NCBI GenBank assembly: GCA_040182905.1
Contig: JARQWU010000024.1
Coordinates: forward strand, 1 to 64,000
DNA: 64,000 nucleotides
Direction of reading: 5' to 3'
Source: Barthelona sp. PAP020
Lineage: Eukaryota
This document shows positions 30,380 through 40,817 of the stretch, piece after piece; the first letter of the stretch is position 1, and each line of letters starts with the position of its first letter. A model generated the notes under the pieces. That model made no database searches. It saw only the letters and a program-made list of their open reading frames with translations, and was not told the DNA's origin. Position numbers and translations under genes: made by a program.

Positions 30380-33300
30380 TCAAAAACGATATTCTATCCA
30401 TTTTTTTAAGCCTTTAAACAATTCTTCTGGAGATAAAAACGCTAACAACCAAAAAAAAATTTTCGTAGACCAAAAATCCTTTGCCAACAAATCAAAGCTG
30501 TCTTCAAACAAAAATAGAGTATCATGACGCAATTGTTGAACAGATTCTGCGGTTAAATTGGATTTACGAATATGCAATATGAGAATACTTGAATCAGACT
30601 TTTTTTCTTGATCAAATTCCTGTTCTTCCCAAAATTGATATTTAATTTTCCAAAATTCAAGATAATAAGCCAAAAAATTGACTTGAAAAGAAGATAAAGA
30701 TGCTTTATGTATCAATACACAGTACAAAGGGATATTTATCAAACCATTTAAGGGATTTTGAAAGGAGAATTTTTGGGTTTGACTTTCTCCTTCTAGCATA
30801 AAGCTCAAATGTTGTAAAACATAATTTTCTTTTATCCACACATCTTTGGCGGCTTTATCACTTTCATAATGTGCGGGAAGAAGTGGAGAAGCATTTGGAA
30901 TTTCAAATTGTTTTTTTTTAAAAAAGAAGGAAGGTAGCTTTTTTCTGGAAATTGTTTCAGTTGTTGAGATAATGGTAAGATGAGAATCTGGAATATCAAA
31001 AGGATCTGCGGCTTCGAATAAAATATGAAAAATCACATCAACATTTAGCGAATCATTTTTTTCAATTTCGTTCAACTCAACATCAAACAAACCACCATCT
31101 ACAGTTGAGCAAATATCGATAAGTAAACTTAAAAAATGATATAAAGTATTGAAATTAAACTTCAACTGAATGTTATACGCATCCATTGTTGGAAAAAATG
31201 TCGTTAAAAAATACAAATTCATAGCTTTGAAAATATTTTCAAATAGAACACCTGAATCGATTCTGATGACATCTGAGTAGTGCCAATTTGAAAGGGTTCT
31301 CAAAGTCTCTATGAGTTCATATGCCTTTTCAACAGTGAAACGCACAAACTTCCCTTCAATTTGATTACTTTGGTTTAAAAGAGATGATTGGAGATTCATG
31401 TGTTTATTCATTTTGATAGACAACGAATCGAATATATTATAGAGAGAATTGGTCAAAAAATTGAAATTATTCTGACAATCCTCTGGTAAAACAAGCACAT
31501 ACAGAATAGTGGGGTCCAAAGGGTTCAAATAACAAACAATACTAATGTCAAATGGCAAAATATTCTGATATAAGGATGAAACATGAATTCTTGGGGGTAA
31601 ATGGTCAGTTGAAGCCTTTGAACTTATTTCTGCCAGTTTTTTTTCAATGAAAGTCTTTTTTTGTAATAGAAAAGGAATATCCAATTTTAGAATAACATCT
31701 TGTAAATCTAACCATTGATTTGAGGGAATGCTGCATTTTTCGGTGATTTTACCAGAACTGTAGAACAAATAAGGCTCTTTGTTCAAATCAATAGAAATCA
31801 ATGAACAATATCCCTGATAGAATAAAGCTTTAAAACTTTCAAACTGTCGAGTTAGAATATCATGATTCACTTGCAATTCAGAGGCAGGAATCAACATAGC
31901 ATCTAATCTTTCTATGAAATAATAGCCCGACTCTTCATCATAAAATCGCTCAACTTCAAACTCCATTTGATATGCTCCTTGACGAGTTTGAACAATTAAC
32001 GTTGTATTTTCAGGGTTTTGATTTATAGTTCCTTCCATTAAATAAGCCTCCAAACGAATCTGTGTTTCAGGCAAAAAGTTCTCAAGAAAATCCTCTAAGA
32101 TCATCTTTTCGAGTTCAGCAGACGTTCCGTTGCTATTGAACATGTTGGTTTCAACCATTCCTGAATTCGCCAAATAAGTGAACGTGTACCCATCATAGGT
32201 TTCGGAGATTCGACTTAAATCTAAGAAATTATCTATCTTATTGGGCATTCCAATAATAGGTGTACCCAATCTCATTTGGTTGGATTTGAATTGTTTCAAA
32301 GATTTTCCAATTGTTGCGATGAGATTCAGCAGGTCATGACTATCATCACCCTTTAGAGAAGAACTTTTCAACTCAATGTTCCAAAAAACAAAGAATGAGC
32401 CACGATTCTGAAAGGGAATTATTACATACCATGACCTTTCCTTATTTTCGTTTTTGCTACGTACAAATTCATGTGATTGAACGCATATAATATTGCGGTC
32501 TTGAACCAATACTTTTTGAACAGATTTTTGTTCAATAGGCACTAATTGATAGCGTTCCAAACGATCATCCATTTTAATTACAAAAGAATTTCCAAAATTA
32601 CCAATTTTTGCAACTAACACATTCATTTCATTAATGTCCTCAAAATAATAGGGACAATTATCCTCTTCTGCACCAAAATAGAAATAGTTAATCCCATTTT
32701 TGGACCAACTCGTTGTAACTTCAGTATCAACTTCAGTGACGTCACTTGAAGAGAATTCTGAAGAAATGGATCGTCTACCTTTGCGTTCACCATTATTAAC
32801 AACGCTAGAACCAGAATGGAAACAAACTTTGATCTTTTGATGAAAACCAGTGGCAAAGACATCCAAAAATAGATTTGCTAATCTTTGAACGTGATCATGT
32901 ATACTCATGTTCTCAGAAATGAAGGTTCCTAAGAATTTCACCAAATGAGCTACAAACAATTGAGAATTCTTCTTCTTTCTTCCATTTACATCAACAAAAC
33001 ACACAAAGATATTACTATTTAATTCATTTTGATAATAACGTTGAAACATATACAATTTAATTTTCTTCAATCCATTAATGTGGGAACTCAAAAGAGAAGG
33101 TGTGGTTGTCTTACCCAAAGTACTCATTGAACTAGCATTTGAATCATCCGATATATCAACTATCTCATAAAATTCTTCCCCACACATTTGAAATTCATCG
33201 ATATCTGTTGCTGTACTATTTTTGTCTGCAAATTCTTGAACAATCTTTTCGTGCTCATTTTTTCGTGAGTCCCACAACAAAGGTTTCAAAGAATTTTCAA

Positions 33301-34345
33301 TATGCTTGTAATTTTCCAAATAACTTCTCAATTCGACGTCATAAATTGCATAAGATACTCCAGTTTTGGTTAATACTTCATAAATCATTGGATCAAACAT
33401 ATCTAAAGGTTTTAGAGTATTTCTTAAAAAAATAAAACCATGAAAAATCAAGCTTACACATACAACAAGTATAGTTATCAATATTGCTAGAATTAAATCA
33501 ACATTTTGCTGTAAGGTTGTGTTTGGATCAACTAAAGGACCAAATGTTTTCAATAAAGTCAACAGAGTTTCTATATCTTCAGAAGTAGAGATAAATTGTA
33601 ATGTGGATGAATAACTAAACATTAAATGTTCCTTCAGATCTCTGTTAGCAACTATTTCTTCATTTGCGAGCATCAACAGTGGACTTACACCAAAAGCTGT
33701 TGAATGACGAGTGGAAAATTCAAACTCATGATAAACTGAATACTCACCAATTGAATCAAAAAAAAGGCAATATTGTAACGAATTAACCAACAAATAATCA
33801 CATGCCAACCCTTTGGCAAAATGATCGATAGAATTCTCAATAGTTTGAAAATATAACACATTCTTAAATCTAGCAGAAGATGTAGAATTCAATAACGTAT
33901 CTAAATAAGTATAAACAAAATGAGATTCAATACAATAGCATAAAATACTTTCTTCAATACTCTTTGATTCTTGATATAATAATACAGGTGTTATCATCGA
34001 AATTTTATCCACATTTGTTGAACAATGACCAAAAGATTGATTGTAATTGATCATCAAATACTTATTATATGCAAAAGCTTCATTATTTAAATAATACATT
34101 AACTCTAATGGAGTGCCTATAATAATATTCTTCCCAGTAACAAGGGTTTGATTTGTAATATCAATATATTCACAAGAAAATGTTGTTTCTTCATCAAAAG
34201 TATTAAATATATTTGAAAATGTGTCAATGTTAATGTCTCTATACTCGTAATTATTAGATATCAAAATATCATATTCCTTTGTTAAAATTACACTCAATAA
34301 AATGGTAAATATAACATTATGTAATTTTAATTTAATAAAATTCAT
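30380..34345 (-). CDS. Single-pass membrane receptor-like protein with degenerate histidine-kinase/receiver-like C-terminus
   Basis: N-terminal signal peptide; one TM (LILAILITILVVCVSLIFHGFIF); C-terminal LYHFLSLLIDIC....GGLFDV, KFSFQNPL and CVLIH...FLAYYLEFW. Confidence 0.45.
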   Translation of the reverse strand: MNFIKLKLHNVIFTILLSVILTKEYDILISNNYEYRDINIDTFSNIFNTFDEETTFSCEYIDITNQTLVTGKNIIIGTPLELMYYLNNEAFAYNKYLMINYNQSFGHCSTNVDKISMITPVLLYQESKSIEESILCYCIESHFVYTYLDTLLNSTSSARFKNVLYFQTIENSIDHFAKGLACDYLLVNSLQYCLFFDSIGEYSVYHEFEFSTRHSTAFGVSPLLMLANEEIVANRDLKEHLMFSYSSTLQFISTSEDIETLLTLLKTFGPLVDPNTTLQQNVDLILAILITILVVCVSLIFHGFIFLRNTLKPLDMFDPMIYEVLTKTGVSYAIYDVELRSYLENYKHIENSLKPLLWDSRKNEHEKIVQEFADKNSTATDIDEFQMCGEEFYEIVDISDDSNASSMSTLGKTTTPSLLSSHINGLKKIKLYMFQRYYQNELNSNIFVCFVDVNGRKKKNSQLFVAHLVKFLGTFISENMSIHDHVQRLANLFLDVFATGFHQKIKVCFHSGSSVVNNGERKGRRSISSEFSSSDVTEVDTEVTTSWSKNGINYFYFGAEEDNCPYYFEDINEMNVLVAKIGNFGNSFVIKMDDRLERYQLVPIEQKSVQKVLVQDRNIICVQSHEFVRSKNENKERSWYVIIPFQNRGSFFVFWNIELKSSSLKGDDSHDLLNLIATIGKSLKQFKSNQMRLGTPIIGMPNKIDNFLDLSRISETYDGYTFTYLANSGMVETNMFNSNGTSAELEKMILEDFLENFLPETQIRLEAYLMEGTINQNPENTTLIVQTRQGAYQMEFEVERFYDEESGYYFIERLDAMLIPASELQVNHDILTRQFESFKALFYQGYCSLISIDLNKEPYLFYSSGKITEKCSIPSNQWLDLQDVILKLDIPFLLQKKTFIEKKLAEISSKASTDHLPPRIHVSSLYQNILPFDISIVCYLNPLDPTILYVLVLPEDCQNNFNFLTNSLYNIFDSLSIKMNKHMNLQSSLLNQSNQIEGKFVRFTVEKAYELIETLRTLSNWHYSDVIRIDSGVLFENIFKAMNLYFLTTFFPTMDAYNIQLKFNFNTLYHFLSLLIDICSTVDGGLFDVELNEIEKNDSLNVDVIFHILFEAADPFDIPDSHLTIISTTETISRKKLPSFFFKKKQFEIPNASPLLPAHYESDKAAKDVWIKENYVLQHLSFMLEGESQTQKFSFQNPLNGLINIPLYCVLIHKASLSSFQVNFLAYYLEFWKIKYQFWEEQEFDQEKKSDSSILILHIRKSNLTAESVQQLRHDTLFLFEDSFDLLAKDFWSTKIFFWLLAFLSPEELFKGLKKWIEYRF

Positions 34346-34627
34346 TATTCATGCTAATGAACAAAAAAAAGATCAGTTGAACAATTTTTTTCAGTTTTTT
34401 ATTCTTTCAAAAATCTTGTTTCAACATCTTTAAAATTCATTCAACATATTTATTTTCTTTTAAAAATTATATATTTAAAATCTTACATTGAAATAATGAA
34501 ACATAAGGAAGATCTCCCAGATACTGACTCAAATTCACTTCATCCTTACCTTTCTTCAAAACCAATTGTTCATATTAACTAAAAGAAACTTTCAAATACA
34601 GATTATAAAAACAAATACATGACATTT

Positions 34628-35503
34628 TTACAAATAATATGAAGATTTGTTTGACGATGCAAAACGAGGTTTTCTGAAAGGTGATGATGAAACAAAAGAA
34701 TATTCACTAAAGTTACAATTTGAAGGTTCAGTCCATTCAGGAATTGAGGAAATATCTCCAATAACATGTTCAGGATGTAGTTGACAAAAAGATGCCAATC
34801 CTCCTTTCAATATCGCTACTCTCATAAAACCTTGATCAAATAACCAATTTGCCATCTCTATTGCGTCATTATTATATATTTCATAAATAACAACAATACC
34901 ATCACCTTCTGAATCACAGCGCTCCTTGAATTTATACAATTCATTTGTCAGCGCGTTTTGGGCTCTTGACATTCTACTCTTTGGGAAACATCTTGAACTA
35001 ATAATGTGACAACTTTGCCATTCAGCAGGAGAACGAATGTCCAATAAAATATATTTACATTTATTGAGTCTTTCTAGCTCTAAATCATCCGAAATAATTT
35101 TTGTTTCATCATTAGTGTGTGAAATAGATACATCTGAAAAATTAATCGAAGATGAATGCATTTTCACACGATTTTTTTGCATCGCATTACCTTCAATTTT
35201 ATTTGAAGGTTCAAAACTATGTTTTACTAAATTTTTTTGTGAGGCTTTCTTATATTTTTTAGGTAAGGGTGCATCTACATCTAAAGGTCTTTCTTCAGCT
35301 TCAATATTGATCCAATCACTCAAAATTGATTCATTCAGTGTCTTATACTTTAATTGTTGTTTTTTTACAACATTTCGGCGATGTTCAGGATTATTCTCAT
35401 AAAAACTACGTTTTGATGCGCCAGTATCAATTTTTGATCGTATTTTAGAAAAAGGTTTAGATTTTGGAAGTTTTCCATAGCTATTTGACGTCAAAAACGA
35501 CAT
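34628..35503 (-). CDS. CEP41: Rhodanese-domain centrosomal protein CEP41-like
   Basis: KIRSKIDTGAS; YILLDIR...WQSCHIISS...MSRAQN...ELYKFK...IVVIY...GF..VAILKGGL. Confidence 0.75.
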   Translation of the reverse strand: MSFLTSNSYGKLPKSKPFSKIRSKIDTGASKRSFYENNPEHRRNVVKKQQLKYKTLNESILSDWINIEAEERPLDVDAPLPKKYKKASQKNLVKHSFEPSNKIEGNAMQKNRVKMHSSSINFSDVSISHTNDETKIISDDLELERLNKCKYILLDIRSPAEWQSCHIISSRCFPKSRMSRAQNALTNELYKFKERCDSEGDGIVVIYEIYNNDAIEMANWLFDQGFMRVAILKGGLASFCQLHPEHVIGDISSIPEWTEPSNCNFSEYSFVSSSPFRKPRFASSNKSSYYL

Positions 35504-35674
35504 AGTTTTAAAGAAAAAAAAAAGGGGACTTTTTTCATTGTCGAAAATAATTACTTTCTATCATTTCAACAGGGCAAAATTGTTATGAATAACAAAGTCG
35601 AACATTAAAAACAAAAATTAACTATCAAAGTTTATCTGTAGGTAAAAAGGAAAACATACAATTCAAGCAAGATT

Positions 35675-37543
35675 TTATTGTGAACAAGCTTCTTCTCTCA
35701 TTTCTTGAATTTCTTTTTGATATATGTGTTCCAAAACTCTTCTTCTCTTCTTTTGAGTAGCTGTTAATTCCCCATTATCAGCACTTAACTCCCTTGTTTT
35801 GATACGTATCACACTAATACGTTCATAACTTTTCAATTCTTTTTCTTTCCAAACTCTGTTCAATTCAGCTAATATCTCCTCTTCTGTTGGTGTACCAATA
35901 CACCATACAAAAGCTCCTAAAGCAGAACCCAAGCACAAGATCCAAATATCCAATATTGAAGAAACATTCTTGTAAACATTCTCCAAATGGGCTGGATGAA
36001 TGTATTCTCCTTGGGAGTTCTTTATTATGCCACTCTTTCGATCGATAATCTTGATACTACCAGAGGGTAACAATTCAACAATATCATTGGTTTTAAACCA
36101 GCCTTCGTCATCTAGAACTTCTTTAGTCTTTTCGGGAAGGTTCCAATAACCTTTAAAGATGGTAGGACCTCGTACAACAAATTCACCCCTAGGATTAGGC
36201 TTATCCAAAGGAGAATAACCAAATTCTGGGACTTCATCAAGCCTATATTCTAATTCTTCATAAACAGGACCAATAGTACCAGTTTCTAATGAATTAGGGA
36301 ACTGTGCACTCAAACATGAGCAATTTTCAGACATTCCATATCCTTCAATAACATCAAATCCTAATATACCAGTACAAAAACGACGAACTTCAGGTGATAA
36401 AGAAGCACTCCCACTAAACAAACAACGAATTCTTCCTCCAAAAGCTTCACGAATTTTCTCAAAAATAATCTTATCCCAAATAGGGGTTGACCTTAAATGG
36501 CCTGTTGTGGAATCATTTTTAGAGTTCTTAGCCCAGTTGAACAACCATCTGGTTATCATACCTTTAGATTGGATTGTGTCCAGAACATTTGCTTGGAATT
36601 TCTCCAACACTCGAGGAACAGCAATCATGAACGAAGGATGAAGTGTCTGTAGATCACTGGCTAGCATTGTAATCGAACCAGAAAAGAAACCAATCAAATG
36701 GCCATGTGCGATCACCAAATGCATGGCAGTTCTTTCAAAAACATGAGCCATAGGTAGATATGAATAATAGATATCTCTTTTGAATTCGGGAGGAAATGGA
36801 ACCAATCTTGAATTCAAAATACATAACGCAGATAACAAGTTTCGATGGGTGATCATTGCCCCTTTCGGCGATCCGGTCGTTCCTGATGTATAAACCAATG
36901 TACAAATGTCATCAGAATCAGCAAGATCAGGAAGTCCCATCAGAAGATTCTCATGCTCTTGTGACATTTCAATTAATTCGGAAACAAGGGAATCATAATT
37001 TAGCCCAGTTGCAGAAACCAATAAACTCTCCCAAGGATAAATGTCCATCACGAATATCTTTTCTAAAGTTGAAAGGGTAGGAAAAACAGTATTACAAAGT
37101 TCCAATTTTTTAGGAGAACAAAAAATAAATTTAGCTCCTGAATCTTGTAAAATAAATTGAACAGCATCAGCGTTGATATTTGTATAAATAGGTACTGTAA
37201 TCACACCCAATCTTTGACATGCCAGATCGACAATGACCCAAAAATAAGAATTAGTGCTCAAAATTGCCACACGATCCCCCTTAACAAGACCAAGCTTTTC
37301 CAATGATAAACTGAGACTTCCAACATCACATAAAACTTGTTTGAAGGACAAAAATTCATATTCTCCATATTCATCATCCTCGTGCATTCTAGTTCGCCAT
37401 CCCATAAATGGATTATCAAGTAAGTCATGACATGTATAGGAAAATGAACTATATAAAGTTCTTCGGTGTTCTAAAACATGTAAACATGATCCATTCTCAG
37501 GAAAATCCTTCGTATGGCATTGTAAGCAATCAAGATGCGCCAT
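35675..37543 (-). CDS. Long-chain acyl-CoA synthetase (ACSL)
   Basis: YTSGTTGSPKG, YSYLPMAHVFER, EGYGMSE, RGPTIFKGYW, IIDRK. Likely ATG at 37543 after a T-tract. Confidence 0.95.
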   Translation of the reverse strand: MAHLDCLQCHTKDFPENGSCLHVLEHRRTLYSSFSYTCHDLLDNPFMGWRTRMHEDDEYGEYEFLSFKQVLCDVGSLSLSLEKLGLVKGDRVAILSTNSYFWVIVDLACQRLGVITVPIYTNINADAVQFILQDSGAKFIFCSPKKLELCNTVFPTLSTLEKIFVMDIYPWESLLVSATGLNYDSLVSELIEMSQEHENLLMGLPDLADSDDICTLVYTSGTTGSPKGAMITHRNLLSALCILNSRLVPFPPEFKRDIYYSYLPMAHVFERTAMHLVIAHGHLIGFFSGSITMLASDLQTLHPSFMIAVPRVLEKFQANVLDTIQSKGMITRWLFNWAKNSKNDSTTGHLRSTPIWDKIIFEKIREAFGGRIRCLFSGSASLSPEVRRFCTGILGFDVIEGYGMSENCSCLSAQFPNSLETGTIGPVYEELEYRLDEVPEFGYSPLDKPNPRGEFVVRGPTIFKGYWNLPEKTKEVLDDEGWFKTNDIVELLPSGSIKIIDRKSGIIKNSQGEYIHPAHLENVYKNVSSILDIWILCLGSALGAFVWCIGTPTEEEILAELNRVWKEKELKSYERISVIRIKTRELSADNGELTATQKKRRRVLEHIYQKEIQEMREEACSQ

Positions 37544-37681
37544 CAAAAAAAAAAAATTAAAATAAGGCATATATTTAATTTTGATTGATTTTTTTTCTCT
37601 TTCTTTGTTTTGAGATAAAAATTGAAGAACTTTACCATTATTTTCATATAAAGATGAAGAATTAAACATAAAAAGAAAAAT

Positions 37682-38698
37682 TTATATTTTTACCCAAATT
37701 GCATCCACCTCATCAGTGCGATATCTTTGTGTAACAGTAATATCAGAAACGGTTTCACATTTAATATCCTTTTCAAACATCAATAATCCATTATAAGCAA
37801 TCATTGCTCCATTATCAATACAAAAACGATCATCCATTGTTCCAATGGTAATACCTCGATCTTCAGCCATTAAACTCATCATTTCTTGAAGTCTTAAATT
37901 GCATCCTACACCTCCTACAATCAAGACACTGTCTGCATTAATATGTGAAATAGCTCTCTCAGTAACCTCAATTAACATTGCAAACATGGTCTCCTGCATT
38001 GACATGCATAAATCTTCCCTTGTTATTTCTCCATTTCTGTATTCTTTTGAATCAATATATGTTTGTGCTGTTGCTAGTTGACCTCCAAACGCCAGATCCA
38101 TACCCTTTACCGAATATGGAAATTTCAAAAAACGTTTTCCATTCTTTGCCAATTGTTCAATATTATAACCAGGTGTTGGATCATTGGAAATATCAACAAT
38201 ACGAGCAAATTTATCCAAAGTATTTCCAATTGCAACGTCAATAGTCTCCCCAAAAATCCTGTATCTTCCATTTGCAAAGCTAATCACTTGTGTATTTCCT
38301 CCAGAAACATACAAACAGACAGGATTTTTAACTAAAGTACATAATTTCCCCATTTCCACATGAGCAATGCAATGATTAACAGGAATTGCAGGAATATTCC
38401 AAAGTTGGGATAACATCCGAACAACAACTGCTGTAACATGCAAACAACTACCCATACCTGGTCCTTTGGTGTAGGCAATGGCATCTAGTTGTTCTGGTGT
38501 TACCTTTGCTTCTTTCATGGATTGTTCTAAAATAGTAAAAATATAATTTCGATGGTGTAAAGCAGTATCTATTGGAATAAAACCATGTCCTTTAGGTGGA
38601 ATATAAGTTTTTCGAACATTGGACAAAATATTACCTTTTTCATCAACAATTCCTATTCCAATTTTGTTTGCACTACTTTCAAATCCAATTACTAACAT
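37682..38698 (-). CDS. KAE1: tRNA N6-threonylcarbamoyltransferase Kae1/OSGEP
   Basis: GFESSANKIGIG, YTKGPGMG, VNHCIAHVEMG, LYVSGGNTQ, IDNGAMIA, TQRYRTDEV. Confidence 0.97.
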   Translation of the reverse strand: MLVIGFESSANKIGIGIVDEKGNILSNVRKTYIPPKGHGFIPIDTALHHRNYIFTILEQSMKEAKVTPEQLDAIAYTKGPGMGSCLHVTAVVVRMLSQLWNIPAIPVNHCIAHVEMGKLCTLVKNPVCLYVSGGNTQVISFANGRYRIFGETIDVAIGNTLDKFARIVDISNDPTPGYNIEQLAKNGKRFLKFPYSVKGMDLAFGGQLATAQTYIDSKEYRNGEITREDLCMSMQETMFAMLIEVTERAISHINADSVLIVGGVGCNLRLQEMMSLMAEDRGITIGTMDDRFCIDNGAMIAYNGLLMFEKDIKCETVSDITVTQRYRTDEVDAIWVKI

Positions 38699-38745
38699 AT
38701 CAAGTAAAAAAAATGAAAAATTTCGATCCAATACTTTTGTTTTTT

Positions 38746-40362
38746 ATGAAATTTGTTGCATTGGTTAGTGGAGGAAAAGATAGTCTATTTGCAATATTTA
38801 AAGCAATTGAAGCTGGAAATGAATTAGTTTGTTTGGCGAATATTCATCCAGAAGAAGATATTGATGAATTGGACAGCTGGATGTATCAATCAGTTGGTTG
38901 GAATTGTATTGATTATATTGCAGAAGCTCTAGATTGTCCTTTATATACCATTACAACCAAAGGAAAAGCCATATGTGGACACAATGAATATGTACCTAAA
39001 AGTGGTGATGAAATTGAAGATATGTATGAGTTAATAAAAGTTTGTTTGTTAAATCATCCTGAAATCAATTCTGTATGCGCAGGACCCGTTATATCACATT
39101 ATCAACGATTGAGGGTTGAAAATATTGCAGCTAGATTAAATTTGGTACCTTTAGCTTATTTATGGGAATATGATCAGACCAAATTGTTGGAGGAAATGTT
39201 TGAGACTGGTCATGAAAGCTTATTGATAAAATTAGGATCTGCTGGATTTAAAAGCAGGCATTTAGGACAAACATTATCTCAATCTTTTCCTTTATTAAAA
39301 AAATTGCAAAAGCAATGGGGAATGCAAATATCCGGTGAAGGTGGTGAATATGAAACACTGTGCATACAAAGTCCTTTGTTCAACAAATATTTACATTTGA
39401 AAGCCTATGAAACAATAGTAACAGCTGAGGATGACTTGACTTGTACTGCATTCATGAAAATTACAGATTGTGGATTGGAATCCCATTCAAATGAAGTTTT
39501 GTGTTCAAAGAACGATAGCTTACACATAGGGGTTAATCATAACCTTTATGTTAATAACAGTGTTCTTGAAGGATTTAAACTCTGTGAAAATTGTTCTAAA
39601 AACCGAATTGAATTGGATATTGAACAGTGTGAGGATAAACTAGCAGTCATGATTCCCATTTTTTTGCCTTGTGAAAAATGCAAAGTCAAGTGTCTCAAAT
39701 TTTTAAATTCTGTCTTTGGTGATGTTGACTTTGATAATGATGCGATTGGATTATTTTGCGGTCTATTGACATTTAGAAATTCCACGTTGGAAACTCCAAT
39801 GTTTTCTAAGTTCATTCTGCCCAATTTAACACAATTTTCAAAATTAAATCTAGTCTACAACCTTTTCTTTCCAACTCAACCTCCTGCAAGAGCTTGTGTT
39901 GGTATTTCCAATAAAGATAAAAAAGAAATTTCTTTAAAACTGATCATTTCTCCCCATAAAAGAAGAGTGTTACATGTCCAGTCTATATCACATTGGGCAC
40001 CAGCATGTATTGGCCCCTATGCTCAATCAAACTACACTGATGATTTTGCAATTATTTCCGGTCAAATTGGTCTTGTTCCTGGAACAATGACCTTGGCTTC
40101 TTCAATTGAACAACAAATATCTCAAGCATTTGAAAACGTAAAAGCAGTCATGAAAAGCATAAATGTTGATGAGACTCAACTTATTCTTCTTAACATATAT
40201 TATACTGAAGATGAAGTCTTTCAATTGATCAGTAATAGGTTTGATCATCTCAATCCAAACTTTATTAAAGTAAATCAACTGCCTATCAATGCCAAAGTTG
40301 AAATTGAAACTTGGTTTTCGAAAGAAAGTTTAAATGAAAAATTAGTCAATCTATTCAAATAA
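38746..40362 (+). CDS. DPH6: Diphthine-ammonia ligase Dph6 with C-terminal RidA/YjgF domains
   Basis: MKFVALVSGGKDS, ELDSWMYQSVG, YQRLRVE, GEGGEYET, LHVQSISHWAPACIGPYAQ, ISGQIGL. Confidence 0.95.
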   Translation: MKFVALVSGGKDSLFAIFKAIEAGNELVCLANIHPEEDIDELDSWMYQSVGWNCIDYIAEALDCPLYTITTKGKAICGHNEYVPKSGDEIEDMYELIKVCLLNHPEINSVCAGPVISHYQRLRVENIAARLNLVPLAYLWEYDQTKLLEEMFETGHESLLIKLGSAGFKSRHLGQTLSQSFPLLKKLQKQWGMQISGEGGEYETLCIQSPLFNKYLHLKAYETIVTAEDDLTCTAFMKITDCGLESHSNEVLCSKNDSLHIGVNHNLYVNNSVLEGFKLCENCSKNRIELDIEQCEDKLAVMIPIFLPCEKCKVKCLKFLNSVFGDVDFDNDAIGLFCGLLTFRNSTLETPMFSKFILPNLTQFSKLNLVYNLFFPTQPPARACVGISNKDKKEISLKLIISPHKRRVLHVQSISHWAPACIGPYAQSNYTDDFAIISGQIGLVPGTMTLASSIEQQISQAFENVKAVMKSINVDETQLILLNIYYTEDEVFQLISNRFDHLNPNFIKVNQLPINAKVEIETWFSKESLNEKLVNLFK

Positions 40363-40817
40363 ATCATTTATGAAAATATAATTTTTTATTGAATCAAACA
40401 TTTTTCCCTTACATCTAAAAAAAAACAAGAAAGTGAAGGGTGAGGGTTGAAAACTTTTTCTGATAAAAATCTTCCAATTTATCACAATGTGAACCCAAAA
40501 AGAGAAATGAAACAAAAACAAAAATTCTTTTCAAAAGAAAATTTTCAATGTGTTAGAATCTTGTTTCTTTTGAAAAAAAAATTCTATTTTTTAATCTCAA
40601 TGAAATTGAAATTGTATGTGCAAATCCACAAAAAGAGAATTCTCCAAACTTCCAATTGAAAAAATTTTTTCTTATTTTTTGTTTATCTTGATTTTATGAA
40701 TATCTAAAAAATTTTTAAATGATTCATAAGTTGATGAAAATATATATCTGAAATAGGAGAAAAAAAAAAATTTATCTCCTGTAAAAATTTTTATCATTTC
40801 GTTTTACATATTTTCAA

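Noticed and set aside
37517..37531. CLQCH (CxxCH heme-binding-like motif) at the acyl-CoA synthetase N-terminus
   Set aside because: A single short motif with no cytochrome c context; likely chance.
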